64,000 nucleotides of DNA from Bdellovibrionota bacterium (GTDB lineage Bacteria; Bdellovibrionota; UBA2428). Location: positions 148,669-212,668 of the forward strand of contig JBGSZX010000031.1 in the NCBI GenBank assembly GCA_041750195.1, written 5' to 3'. Position numbers and translations under genes: made by a program. Shown here piece after piece: positions 27,707 to 37,341 of this stretch; position 1 is the stretch's first letter; each line of letters opens with the position of its first letter. Below the pieces are notes generated by a model. It had not been told where the DNA came from and did no database searches. It saw only the letters and a program-made list of their open reading frames with translations.

Positions 27707-28734
27707 AGAATGGTCTCGGTTTTGCCTTCGAGGATAAAAGTGGCCCCACATTCAGGGCCGGGACTTTCTGCACGCAAGTCAAAGTTCATGGCCCTTGAGG
27801 CCGTATAGGCCAAGTGCATTCCTAGCCCCGCTCCGGGAATCGCCAATGAAGATTTGGATCTAAGACGTTTGAATCGCTTAAAAATGTCAGCTGATTTTGA
27901 ATTGTCAAATCCCATTCCGTTGTCCTCGAAACGTATCGTCCATACGTCAAAGGGCGGATTATCGCTATGAACTCGTTCCGTCTTAATAACAAGCTTTGCT
28001 CCAGTCAGATTAGAAAACTTTTTAGCGTTGTCGACGATATTTCGAGCTATCAAATCCAGAAGTTTTGGATCGGCTTCAATGTCTAAGTCTAATTTTGCGC
28101 CTTCGCGCGCAACTTCGACTCGGCCGTGAAGAATTTTTTTCCATGCTTCAATTTGTTTCGTTAACCAACTTTCTAAATTTAACGTCATCAAATTCGGAGA
28201 CTCCGAGAATTGATCCCATCTTGAAGCGGTTAGAAGGCGATCAATATCTCCTTTTAGACGTTCAAGCTCACTTTGGTGGGCCCCCCATAAGTCATTTAGT
28301 TCTTTCTCGTTTAGATTGCCGTCTCTTATAAGTTGAGAGCTCAATTCTAGGCTTGCTAACGGAGTTTTAAGTTCGTGTGTGACGTTCGCAAGAAATTCTT
28401 TTTGAAGCTGATTGAGTTTCATCTCTCTTAGAACTTTAATAAAAAATAAAATAAAAATGCTGATGACGAGCAAAAATCCTAGCGATCCAAATACGACAAC
28501 AAGCCACGGATGAGCATCTGTCGGCAGATTTTGAGACTTAAATTTTGATCGAGCGAGGCTGATCATGTCATAGTAATTTTGAACAAGGACCCAATTGTAG
28601 GATGTCCCAAGGACCGCGGTAATAACTAGAACCAGCCCAAACAAGACACCCCAGGGCCAGCGTTTATGTGAATTTTTGATATGGAGCTGTCTAACGTCTC
28701 GCATTGGCATGTCGTAAAGCTTTCTTCGAATCAT
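27703..28734 (-). CDS. membrane sensor histidine kinase
   Basis: Two TM helices flank a short periplasmic loop. HisKA box FLANVTHELKTPLASL. HATPase_c motifs (IARNIVDNAKKFS, FEDNGMGFDNS, GAGLGM). Confidence 0.85.
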   Translation of the reverse strand: MIRRKLYDMPMRDVRQLHIKNSHKRWPWGVLFGLVLVITAVLGTSYNWVLVQNYYDMISLARSKFKSQNLPTDAHPWLVVVFGSLGFLLVISIFILFFIKVLREMKLNQLQKEFLANVTHELKTPLASLELSSQLIRDGNLNEKELNDLWGAHQSELERLKGDIDRLLTASRWDQFSESPNLMTLNLESWLTKQIEAWKKILHGRVEVAREGAKLDLDIEADPKLLDLIARNIVDNAKKFSNLTGAKLVIKTERVHSDNPPFDVWTIRFEDNGMGFDNSKSADIFKRFKRLRSKSSLAIPGAGLGMHLAYTASRAMNFDLRAESPGPECGATFILEGKTETIL

Positions 28735-30010
28735 GCCGTTGTGTCAACTTTGATTGTTGACGAAAAACATCTTCGAAGAAAAGGCGAGCCAAATAGGAGG
28801 ACTTGACGGTCCAAAATTTGTTATGAACTGTGACAACCCCAATGCTTAGGCGTAAATCATCGCTCGCAGCATAGCCTACAAACCAATCGGTACGTCCGCG
28901 AATATTTTTTCCATCTAGCGATCCAGTTTTTCCACCTAATTCAAGGTCTTCAAATTTGTGAGCAAATCCGCGGAACTGTTTGCGAGATGTTCCCTTGAGA
29001 ACAGTTTCTTCCATCAATAGCTTCATTTGTCGGGCGGAATAGGGAACCAAAACTGAAGAAGTTTCGGAAGGTTTGCCTGAATATAGGGATTTGCCGTTTT
29101 CGTCTCGGATATTATCAATGATGTAGGGCGTGCGCATTTCACCGTCATTCAAAATGGTGGCGGCAATCATGGCGCCGTGAACGGGGCTCATCATAGTTCG
29201 GTGTGTAAAGCCGGCAGCGCTTTCTGCGGTATCCCATCTTTTTGAGGGATCCAGAATGTATTTTGAGTCTTCGATCAAGATGTCGGTCTTGGTGCTCTTG
29301 TTGAAGCCAAACGATTCAGCGTATTTAAGGAGGTCTCTCCCACCGAGATGAAATAAACCAATTTTTCCGAACACGGTATTGATTGATTGTGCAAAGGCCT
29401 GCCGTAGCGATACGTGGCGAGTCCACTTGTTTACGTCTGTGCTGTTAACATTACTTCTGTAAAGTGTAGATTTGCGCCCATTGTAGGGAATGACAGTCTC
29501 TGCATAGGCTTTGCCTTCGTCTATGGCGGCTGATGCGGTAATGATTTTTGAAATGCTTGCCGCGGGGAAGGGAGCGCGCAGCGCCAAATGTCCCTGTTCT
29601 AATTCGGGATCAGGATTTTTAATATGACTTTCTAGGACAAGTAGCGCGCCGGTGTCAGCATTCATAACGGCAACGGCGGCAAAATCTGGATTGTATCGCT
29701 TTAAATATTTCTGAACGATGTTTTGGTAGTCCTCTACTAGCGTACTACTAACTGAGGCATGAATCATGGAGTCTAAATTTTTGTACCTTGGAATATCTAA
29801 GGAAGTGGGAACTACTCCTTCTTCATTTAGGTGTTTAGTTATGATGGGAGCAAGATATTTGGCGGAAACTCGGAACGGAAATTTAATTTGTTTATCGACG
29901 ATGAACCACGCTACAGTTATTCCCAAAAAAATAAGACCCGTTAGCGCGCTTCCAAAATACATTAGCGATTTGTGAGGGGCTAATTTAGAATTATTTGAAT
30001 AAAAGCTCAT
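28691..30010 (-). CDS. penicillin-binding protein, transpeptidase domain only (N-terminal TM anchor)
   Basis: SxxK (AASISKIITASAAI), SxN (SINTVFG) and KTG (GGKTGSLDG) motifs with correct spacing. It has a single N-terminal TM helix. Its 3' end overlaps the histidine kinase start by about 14-44 nt. Confidence 0.65.
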   Translation of the reverse strand: MSFYSNNSKLAPHKSLMYFGSALTGLIFLGITVAWFIVDKQIKFPFRVSAKYLAPIITKHLNEEGVVPTSLDIPRYKNLDSMIHASVSSTLVEDYQNIVQKYLKRYNPDFAAVAVMNADTGALLVLESHIKNPDPELEQGHLALRAPFPAASISKIITASAAIDEGKAYAETVIPYNGRKSTLYRSNVNSTDVNKWTRHVSLRQAFAQSINTVFGKIGLFHLGGRDLLKYAESFGFNKSTKTDILIEDSKYILDPSKRWDTAESAAGFTHRTMMSPVHGAMIAATILNDGEMRTPYIIDNIRDENGKSLYSGKPSETSSVLVPYSARQMKLLMEETVLKGTSRKQFRGFAHKFEDLELGGKTGSLDGKNIRGRTDWFVGYAASDDLRLSIGVVTVHNKFWTVKSSYLARLFFEDVFRQQSKLTQRHDSKKALRHANARR

Positions 30011-30018
30011 GAATCTTT

Positions 30019-30696
30019 CTAGGAGTGAAAAAATGTTGATGATGTAAAAGTTATGGCTTGATCAACAATGTGAGGCGGAATTTCGTGACCACCTGAAAAT
30101 TCATTTTGACGAACCTGAAATTTTCTCAATCGCAATTCATCGACCATTCTTCTTGAGTGACGAATCGATAGAACCGAATCCGAAACGCCATGACTCACAA
30201 AAACGGGACAGGTTTCATCGGATTTAAAGTCGGGAGTTTTTATGTAGGGCCAAGCGCCGGAAAATAAAATCATACATTGTATGTAGGAAGGACGATGACG
30301 AAGTAACAGGTCAAGAGCTAGCATGGCCCCCTGAGAAAATCCTCCAAGGCAAATTTTTGTGCCGTCCTTAGCTATGTTGTCTAAAAAGGGCAGAATTTCT
30401 TTATCCACTACTTTTTGAAGTCTCTTTAGGTGGGCTTCGTCAAACAATGGTCCATCCGGATCCGATGCTCGGCTCTCAAGCAGCGAAATATCTAGGTCAA
30501 ACCAGGCACGTCCGCCAAATGCGGCCAATGCCTTTGGCATCAAAGGAGCCTGAGGGACGTAGGCCCAGCAATCGTTGTCCTGCTTTAAAATTGGGACAAG
30601 TGGGGCTAAATCTTCGGCATTTGCACCATATCCATGCAAAAGCACTAGTGCTAGTTTCGAATTATTTCTTGCTTTAAAATCAATAGTTTGTAGCAT
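30019..30696 (-). CDS. alpha/beta hydrolase, phospholipase/carboxylesterase family
   Basis: HGYGANAEDL, nucleophile elbow GFSQGAMLA, and a C-terminal His (SHGVSD). Start is placed at ATG 30696 because the longest ORF (to 30771) would leave only 5 bp before the divergent gene. Confidence 0.65.
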   Translation of the reverse strand: MLQTIDFKARNNSKLALVLLHGYGANAEDLAPLVPILKQDNDCWAYVPQAPLMPKALAAFGGRAWFDLDISLLESRASDPDGPLFDEAHLKRLQKVVDKEILPFLDNIAKDGTKICLGGFSQGAMLALDLLLRHRPSYIQCMILFSGAWPYIKTPDFKSDETCPVFVSHGVSDSVLSIRHSRRMVDELRLRKFQVRQNEFSGGHEIPPHIVDQAITFTSSTFFHS

Positions 30697-30776
30697 AATT
30701 CCGTACTTTGTCTTTGACTTGGTATGACTCATCGCGGTAAATATCCCCAGCCCTAATTTACTGGAGTCCATATATT

Positions 30777-32033
30777 ATGCGTAGAATTTTTTTACCTCGC
30801 CCTTTAATTACTTTAACTGCATTTTTACTCTTTGCACAGTCAGTCTTGGCGCAAAAATCGGCCAATGTCCTGCCACACAAAATATGGCGAGTTCGTTGGG
30901 TTGGGGTGAGAACGGGATCCTTAACGGAATCTCTTAATGAGGATGGCACTTCCTCTCATTTGATGTCAGCCCTCGAAAAAAGCTTAACGGCAAAAGATAT
31001 GGCTGCGTTGAATCCAGAATTTAACCAGCTCTATAGCGCTCTGAATACATTTGAGTCCGGATTAGGGGATAGTTTGTTGCTTGCAGATTTTTATCCAAGC
31101 TCCGAAATGATCGCCACAAAAAACACTGTGGCAGCTGAATACGGTCTCACATCCAAAGTTTCTTTGGGAATCATTATTCCCATTACCCACATGAATGTTA
31201 AAGCAAGTTTTAATGCCGACGTACAAAATAACGTTTCTGAAATTCAAGCTAAAGTTGCGGGAAACAATGGACTCAGTGATGGTCTCACAACCTTCTCAGC
31301 TAGAATGCCAAACACAGAAAGTTTTGCCAATGATGTCTTTGTCGCAAATGGATATTCTGTGCCGGGAGATTTTTCTTGGACAGGACTCGGAGACATTGAG
31401 CTTGGCGCAAAAGTTCAACTCATAAAAAATTCAAAATTTAAAGCGACTTCGCTCACTGGCTTTAGAATGCCCACGACTACCCATCATCCAGAATTATCTA
31501 ACCTATTGGATTCTTCTTCTGGTGATGGGCAGTGGGATTTGGCCTTTGAGATTGCGACAGAGTACATGCCAATTAACAATGTTGTATTTAGTGCCGCAAC
31601 TCGCTATACCTCGCAACTTCCTAATTCTCAAAAAAATGCTCTGCTCAAAACAGGGCAGAGCGGTCTGCCCAATTTGACTGACTCAGACACAGTTCAAACG
31701 GTTAAGCGAAACTTGGGTGACCAACTAGAAACTGAAATTGGCGCCTCTTATCAAATGGGACGATTTATCGTGAACGCTGCTTACGAAAATTCGATCAAAA
31801 ACTCGGATTCATATTCGGTACCTGAGGGATTTCGCTCTGACAATTTGGAAGACGGGACCGATGCCGTTCAAAATCGTTATGCATTGGGAGTTAAGTATAC
31901 AACGGTTGCGGCTTACGTTGCTAAAAAGTCGGCTATTCCCTATGAGGCGCAAATTACTTACAACGATATTTTTTCCGGACGAAATGTGACCCGGGCTGCC
32001 TACACTAGGCTCGATTTAATTTTCTTCTTTTGA
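30777..32033 (+). CDS. putative outer-membrane beta-barrel protein
   Basis: Signal peptide (MRRIFLPRPLITLTAFLLFAQSVLA). Alternating hydrophobic beta-strand pattern. C-terminus ...RLDLIFFF ends in Phe. Confidence 0.45.
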   Translation: MRRIFLPRPLITLTAFLLFAQSVLAQKSANVLPHKIWRVRWVGVRTGSLTESLNEDGTSSHLMSALEKSLTAKDMAALNPEFNQLYSALNTFESGLGDSLLLADFYPSSEMIATKNTVAAEYGLTSKVSLGIIIPITHMNVKASFNADVQNNVSEIQAKVAGNNGLSDGLTTFSARMPNTESFANDVFVANGYSVPGDFSWTGLGDIELGAKVQLIKNSKFKATSLTGFRMPTTTHHPELSNLLDSSSGDGQWDLAFEIATEYMPINNVVFSAATRYTSQLPNSQKNALLKTGQSGLPNLTDSDTVQTVKRNLGDQLETEIGASYQMGRFIVNAAYENSIKNSDSYSVPEGFRSDNLEDGTDAVQNRYALGVKYTTVAAYVAKKSAIPYEAQITYNDIFSGRNVTRAAYTRLDLIFFF

Positions 32034-32054
32034 TAACAGAGATTGGTGATTGAT

Positions 32055-33794
32055 ATGAAAAATTTAATTTTATCATTTTTAGCTTTTGGATTTATAAGTT
32101 GTCAGGGAATTGAGTTCAAAGAAACTCCCCGTAACACTTTAAAACCTGTCGATAACACAGGAATCAGCGACATTGATTCTGGCACAAGGCGTGAAATTGA
32201 AAACGGGTTGAGTCCAGCAGAGTTTTTCGCTGATGATTCATCATTCTCTTCTTCACCCACGGAACCAAGTCCTATTGGCGCCTGTGACTATATTCGTGAA
32301 TTGAGAGATGAATACAAAGCTCGTCCAAGAGATTACAAAAAATTTCAGCTTTTCTCCTTCATTCAGGATCAAGAGGTGGACGGGAAAACTCAGTTGACTG
32401 GAATTATGAATTTGTCGGCCAATCCTCAAGTTCTTTATAAAACGAGTGCTGAGGCGAATAAAGGAGCCAGCCGCTTTGATATGCCGGACTTCGAAGAGTT
32501 TATGGCTAAGGCCAAAAAAGCTTATGAAGATGGTGAGCTTAGCTGGACCAAATATACGGCACTTAAAAAAATGTATGATTGGGGCTGGACTGAGATGTTG
32601 GCCGAAAAAAGAAACGAAGCTGTATTGGATAAATTTGATGAAGGGGCTTCTGGAAGTGTGACCGGCCGGCCGCGTTTGTTATCCAAATCTGAGCTTGTTA
32701 AAGTGTTTTTTGAAAATTCAAGACACTATTCTAATATTGACGATGTTAACGAATCTGATGTCGCAAGTTTTGGGTGGTGGCTACATTCGCTCCCTTTGTT
32801 TTCTAAAAATATCAGTTTGGCAAATGATTGGGCTCGAGCGATACGCGTGGTAAATAATGCGTCAACTGCAAATGCCACTGACGTTTCATTTGCCGAAGAA
32901 GCCTGTTTGTTTGTGCTTGTTCAGCGTATGAGCGCTCAAGTTCTTAGCCAAAAAGGCTTTGAGGGTTCTGCAGCCTTAAATTCTCAAGGACTGTTGTTTA
33001 ACAATTTTCCGAATGAAGAAATCGTGAAATACCCGGTCAAAACATACGAGGGGTCATGGAAAGTTCCGCTTTCAGGAGCTGTTATCACTCAATACTTAGG
33101 TCAGATGGCTGTTTTATCAAAACGTCTTGAAGAAAATAGTGATGACAAAGAGGCTCAAAAAGAAATGGCGGCCTTGCTTAAGACAATGAGATCAAAGCAC
33201 GCGCAGAGTACAGGTGATTTTTTGAATAGTTTTAGAGCCTGGGCTATTTTGCTTTCTGCTCGTCGAACGACCGGAATTTGGGAAACGCTAAACGCCACTC
33301 CCAAAATGCCTCGTTTAAGTTCAGAGTTGCTTAAGCTTGCTGTGGGGATCTATGCCATGCATGCACCGATATTAGCAGCCGAAGAGCTAACCGTTTCACC
33401 AAGCAAGCGCTTATCTTTTGAAAAAGATGATTCTACTTTTAATCTATTGAGGCTAGGGCATTTGGCTCTTGCGACCGTTTGGGGGCTTGAGGGTCTTATT
33501 GATAGTCCAAGCGATCTAGATAAAGCTGTCCTTTCCGATGCACAGCGAGAGATGTTGGCCAAAAAAGATCCCACTAGCGCGAAGGGCAAACTTCGAATGC
33601 TTACTGATGGGTTGATGCTCGAGTTTTACAGTCGGGTAGCCGAAGGCAAAATTACTCGTGGAACTCCAGAATTTGGATATATGATCCAATATTTTAGGAA
33701 AACAGCTTATGTTCTTCGTGCACCGAATTTATTGGCACGAATTGAAAGACTAGAATCCGGCTTAGCTCTTAATGGAGAAGATATTCCCCGGTAA
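32055..33794 (+). CDS. hypothetical lipoprotein
   Basis: Lipobox LAFGFISC at the N-terminus if started at ATG 32055. Otherwise mostly alpha-helical. No family recognised. Confidence 0.4.
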   Translation: MKNLILSFLAFGFISCQGIEFKETPRNTLKPVDNTGISDIDSGTRREIENGLSPAEFFADDSSFSSSPTEPSPIGACDYIRELRDEYKARPRDYKKFQLFSFIQDQEVDGKTQLTGIMNLSANPQVLYKTSAEANKGASRFDMPDFEEFMAKAKKAYEDGELSWTKYTALKKMYDWGWTEMLAEKRNEAVLDKFDEGASGSVTGRPRLLSKSELVKVFFENSRHYSNIDDVNESDVASFGWWLHSLPLFSKNISLANDWARAIRVVNNASTANATDVSFAEEACLFVLVQRMSAQVLSQKGFEGSAALNSQGLLFNNFPNEEIVKYPVKTYEGSWKVPLSGAVITQYLGQMAVLSKRLEENSDDKEAQKEMAALLKTMRSKHAQSTGDFLNSFRAWAILLSARRTTGIWETLNATPKMPRLSSELLKLAVGIYAMHAPILAAEELTVSPSKRLSFEKDDSTFNLLRLGHLALATVWGLEGLIDSPSDLDKAVLSDAQREMLAKKDPTSAKGKLRMLTDGLMLEFYSRVAEGKITRGTPEFGYMIQYFRKTAYVLRAPNLLARIERLESGLALNGEDIPR

Positions 33795-33811
33795 TTGAGA
33801 CGCGAAATTTT

Positions 33812-33969
33812 ACTGTGCGCGGGGAAGAGGTGTTGGACGCTGAATAAGCCTCCTAGGGTGCTGATTAAATTCAGGAAAACTCCTAGACTGGCGCCAACTC
33901 TACTATTTCCGTTTATAGGTTTGAAATTGTTGGACAATTATTCGTGTACCACCTCTTCCCCGCGCACAG
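33812..33969. repeat. 21-bp perfect inverted repeat (ACTGTGCGCGGGGAAGAGGTG ... CACCTCTTCCCCGCGCACAGT) bracketing a 116-bp spacer
   Basis: Read directly: left arm 33812..33832, right arm 33949..33969, exact reverse complements. The arms are GC-rich in an AT-rich intergenic region between two + strand genes. Confidence 0.7.
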
Positions 33970-34004
33970 TTATACTTAAATATTCTTTATGTTATCCATA
34001 AGTA

Positions 34005-34739
34005 TTGCTTATTGCTCAAATGCGTAATAAACCGAATATGGCCCCCCGAGTGGCCGGAAGGGACATAACAGTGCGCAAACATTCGTTTTTTTACCCGTTT
34101 TTTCAGCTATTTTTGCTAGTTACGCTTTCATTATCTCAATTCTCGAAGGCAGATAACTATTTTAATGAACTTAGGTGGGACGCTTACCTTCCTAACGATT
34201 GCCATGAAATTACCCTTGAAGACTTTCAAGGGGTGGAAGCATGGCCCGTTTACGGAATTGAAGGCAGTTCTAGACGCGGATTTGATTATGAATACCCTTT
34301 GAGGCGTGACGATGCGGCATGGCTTTGGGACGCTTTTCGCGGTGGGAAAGAGCCAACAAGATGGCCTTCACGCTTAGACAAAGAAGTGCAGACCATCAAA
34401 GAACATAAAAAAGCAATGGGCTTTGATTTTGGAGCCGAGGGTGAAGTTCTCGAATTGTTGGCTTTGGTTGATTTGCATAGAAACTTTGATCCCGAAAGAT
34501 ACTTTTTCACAGGCGGCATTGAGTACCGCGAAAGCCCAGATGCCCGAACTATCGGGGAGCTTGATGTCTTGGTTGGCGATCGATCAAATTGCAATATTGT
34601 TTTGGTCGGAGAAGCCAAGCTAGGAAATGGTTCGCTAACAAAAGCCCATCACCAGTTGGCGCGGTTTAAGGAATTCCTAAATCGACACAACATTAGTGTG
34701 AGCTGGAATGCTTTTGAGCTGCTTTACCATATTCAATAA
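34005..34739 (+). CDS. hypothetical secreted protein with PD-(D/E)xK nuclease-like motif
   Basis: Candidate signal peptide (…VRKHSFFYPFFQLFLLVTLSLSQFSKA). Core motif IGELDVLVGDRSNCNIVLVGEAKLG (D…13 aa…ExK) resembles restriction-endonuclease-fold or NERD-type active sites. Confidence 0.35.
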   Translation: MLIAQMRNKPNMAPRVAGRDITVRKHSFFYPFFQLFLLVTLSLSQFSKADNYFNELRWDAYLPNDCHEITLEDFQGVEAWPVYGIEGSSRRGFDYEYPLRRDDAAWLWDAFRGGKEPTRWPSRLDKEVQTIKEHKKAMGFDFGAEGEVLELLALVDLHRNFDPERYFFTGGIEYRESPDARTIGELDVLVGDRSNCNIVLVGEAKLGNGSLTKAHHQLARFKEFLNRHNISVSWNAFELLYHIQ

Positions 34740-34821
34740 ATTTGATTTTGAGTCTGTCCGTGTGAGCTAAAAACTCAGATTTTTCTGGCAACCAACGGTA
34801 CTTTGGGACTATCAAGTTCTT

Positions 34822-36216
34822 ATGGGCGTTGTGGCTATTTTAATTTCTTTGGCACTTCTAATGTATGGTGCCTATCGGGGCATAAGTGTTCTGATCTTGG
34901 CTCCCCTTTTGGCGGCCTTTGCTGTTTTATTGTCTGGCGATGTGCCTTGGATGGGAACCTACACTCAAATTTTTATGGCCGCTTTGGGAAAATTTGCGGT
35001 TAAATATTTCCCAATATTTTTGATGGGCTCCATTTTTGGCAAGCTCATGGAAGTCAGCGGTTTCGCAAGATCCATTTCGCAAGGTCTTTTAAAAATGTTT
35101 GGACATACAAAAGCAATCTTGTCGATTGTCTTGGCTTGTGGATTGCTGACCTATGGCGGAGTGTCTGCCTTCGTTGTGGTCTTTACAATTTACCCTTTGG
35201 CATCAGCCTTATTTTGGGAGCTTAAGATTCCTAAGAGATTGGTCCCGGGGACGATTGCTCTTGGAGCGTTTACTTTTTCGATGACGGCGTTGCCTGGAAG
35301 TTCTCAAATTCATAATTTAATTCCCATGACTTATTTTGGAACCACGGCCTTTGCAGCTCCTTTGCTTGGAAGCATCGCGGGGCTGGCGATGTTCGTCTTG
35401 GGTGGTTTTTGGCTTCAACGAAGAGCAAGGCAAGCAAGAGAGCTAGGAGAGGGCTACGGTTACGAAGACGAATTTTCAGGTGTTGAAGAAAGGAGCTCTC
35501 TGCCTTTTGTGTTGGCGGTGCTTCCAATAGTGTTAGTGATTTCGTCAAACTATTTGTTTTCGGAATATTTCATTCCAGGATGGCAAACCGATTATTTGTC
35601 GAGCGAAAAATTTGGGGCAGTTGGGTTGCCTAAAGTGCTAGGAATTTGGTCTATGTTATTGGCTTTGGTGATTGGTATTTCATCATTGCTGATTTACATG
35701 TTTGTAAATTCGGGCATGAGAAAGCGAATCGCTAGGACAGTAAACGAAGGCGCTATGGGATCATTGCTTCCGACCTTCAATACCGCCTCTGAAGTGGGTT
35801 ATGGTGCAACGATTGCGACGCTTGCAGGGTTTGCTCTTATTCGTGATGGAATATTTAGCGTGAGTCCAGGGAGTCCTTTATTGGCGGAAGTTCTGTCGAT
35901 CAACGTATTGGCGGGAATTACTGGTTCAGCCTCGGGGGGATTGAGTATCGCTCTCGAAGCTTTGGGAAAACAATTTATTACTTTAGGGCAAAGTGCAGGA
36001 ATTAGTAACGAGATCATGCACCGAGTGGCATCATTGTCCTCCGGTGGCTTGGATACTTTTCCGCACAATGGCGCTGTGATCACCTTGTTAACCGTTTGTG
36101 GCCTGTCTCATCGAGAATCGTACAAAGATATTGCAGTAGTTTCTTTGGTTGTTCCTTTGCTTGTAACTGTGACTTTAGTTGGTTTGGGATCGCTTTTGGG
36201 AGTGTTTGCTTCATGA
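34822..36216 (+). CDS. GntP-family (gluconate:H+ symporter-like) permease
   Basis: 464 aa, about 12-13 TM helices. N-terminus MGVVAILISLALLMYGAYRGISVLILAPLLAAF and overall spacing resemble GntP/CitM-type ion transporters. Confidence 0.5.
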   Translation: MGVVAILISLALLMYGAYRGISVLILAPLLAAFAVLLSGDVPWMGTYTQIFMAALGKFAVKYFPIFLMGSIFGKLMEVSGFARSISQGLLKMFGHTKAILSIVLACGLLTYGGVSAFVVVFTIYPLASALFWELKIPKRLVPGTIALGAFTFSMTALPGSSQIHNLIPMTYFGTTAFAAPLLGSIAGLAMFVLGGFWLQRRARQARELGEGYGYEDEFSGVEERSSLPFVLAVLPIVLVISSNYLFSEYFIPGWQTDYLSSEKFGAVGLPKVLGIWSMLLALVIGISSLLIYMFVNSGMRKRIARTVNEGAMGSLLPTFNTASEVGYGATIATLAGFALIRDGIFSVSPGSPLLAEVLSINVLAGITGSASGGLSIALEALGKQFITLGQSAGISNEIMHRVASLSSGGLDTFPHNGAVITLLTVCGLSHRESYKDIAVVSLVVPLLVTVTLVGLGSLLGVFAS

Positions 36217-37340
36217 GTAAAATTGTCGTTGGTATGTCGGGCGGTGTGGATTCATCTGTCACGGCGGCTCTTCTCAAAGAGCAGGGCCACGAAGTCATTG
36301 GCCTCTTCATGAAGAACTGGGAAGAAACTGCCGGCGGTCCTTGCACTTCCGAACAAGATTTTGAGGATGTTGTTAAGGTTTGTGAAAAAATAGATATTCC
36401 TTATTATTCGGTAGAGTTTGTAAAACAATATCGAGATCAAGTGTTTGCCTATTTTTTGGAGCAATACAAAAAAGGATTTACTCCAAATCCAGATATCTTG
36501 TGTAACCGAGAAATTAAATTCGATATTTTTATGAAACATGCCTTGGAGCTGGGTGCAGACTATTTAGCAACAGGACACTACGCGAGAGTCATTAAATCAC
36601 AGGACGGAAAAAGTTTGCTTGGGCGTGGCTTGGATTCAGGAAAAGATCAGAGCTACTTTTTGAACGCCATCAGCTCAAACATTTTAGACAAGGTCATGTT
36701 TCCTATTGGCGATTTACAAAAATTTGAAGTGAGACAGTTAGCTGAAAAATATGATTTGGCCACCAAAAACAAAAAAGATAGCACCGGCATCTGCTTTATT
36801 GGTGAGAGAGATTTTAGAGAATTTTTGTCGAACTATATGCCCGCAAAACCAGGACTATTTTGCTCTCTGAGCGGAGAGGTCATTGGCGAGCATATTGGGA
36901 CATCTTTCTATACTCTCGGTCAACGAAAGGGCTTGGGACTAGGTGGGGCAGGTGAGCCATGGTTTGTTGTTGCAAAAGATGGCGACAAGAACATTGTTTA
37001 TGTTGAGCGCGGATTGGAACATCCGGCTTTATTTACTCGGGAGCTCTGGGCCTCTGAGGAAAGTTGGATTTCAGAAAGTCCCTTAAAAGACAAAGGTGTT
37101 TGGGTTGGCACTGCAAAGACGCGCTATCGGCAGCCAGATCAAATCTGTGAAGTGACGCTGACAGAAGATGGTTCGTTGTATGTAAAATTTGAAGTTGAGC
37201 AACGATCGATAACGCCGGGCCAATTTATAGTATTCTATGAAGGTGACATTTGCTTGGGAGGAGCCGTCATGCAAAAAACGGGGCCAACCCTTTGGGAGCG
37301 AGAAGGGCAAACGTGGCCACTTTTGAGTCAGGGAGTTTGA
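36213..37340 (+). CDS. mnmA: tRNA-specific 2-thiouridylase MnmA
   Basis: PP-loop IVVGMSGGVDSSV plus other MnmA motifs (GLFMKNWEE, NPDILCNREIKF, YLATGHYAR, DQSYFL, GICFIGE). ATG at 36213 overlaps the upstream stop (ATGA). Confidence 0.9.
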   Translation: MSKIVVGMSGGVDSSVTAALLKEQGHEVIGLFMKNWEETAGGPCTSEQDFEDVVKVCEKIDIPYYSVEFVKQYRDQVFAYFLEQYKKGFTPNPDILCNREIKFDIFMKHALELGADYLATGHYARVIKSQDGKSLLGRGLDSGKDQSYFLNAISSNILDKVMFPIGDLQKFEVRQLAEKYDLATKNKKDSTGICFIGERDFREFLSNYMPAKPGLFCSLSGEVIGEHIGTSFYTLGQRKGLGLGGAGEPWFVVAKDGDKNIVYVERGLEHPALFTRELWASEESWISESPLKDKGVWVGTAKTRYRQPDQICEVTLTEDGSLYVKFEVEQRSITPGQFIVFYEGDICLGGAVMQKTGPTLWEREGQTWPLLSQGV

Positions 37341-37341
37341 T

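Noticed and set aside
33795-34001. 68-aa + strand ORF spanning the inverted-repeat element
   Set aside because: It has no ribosome-binding site, runs through both arms of the 21-bp inverted repeat, and shows no protein-like composition. It is more likely non-coding.
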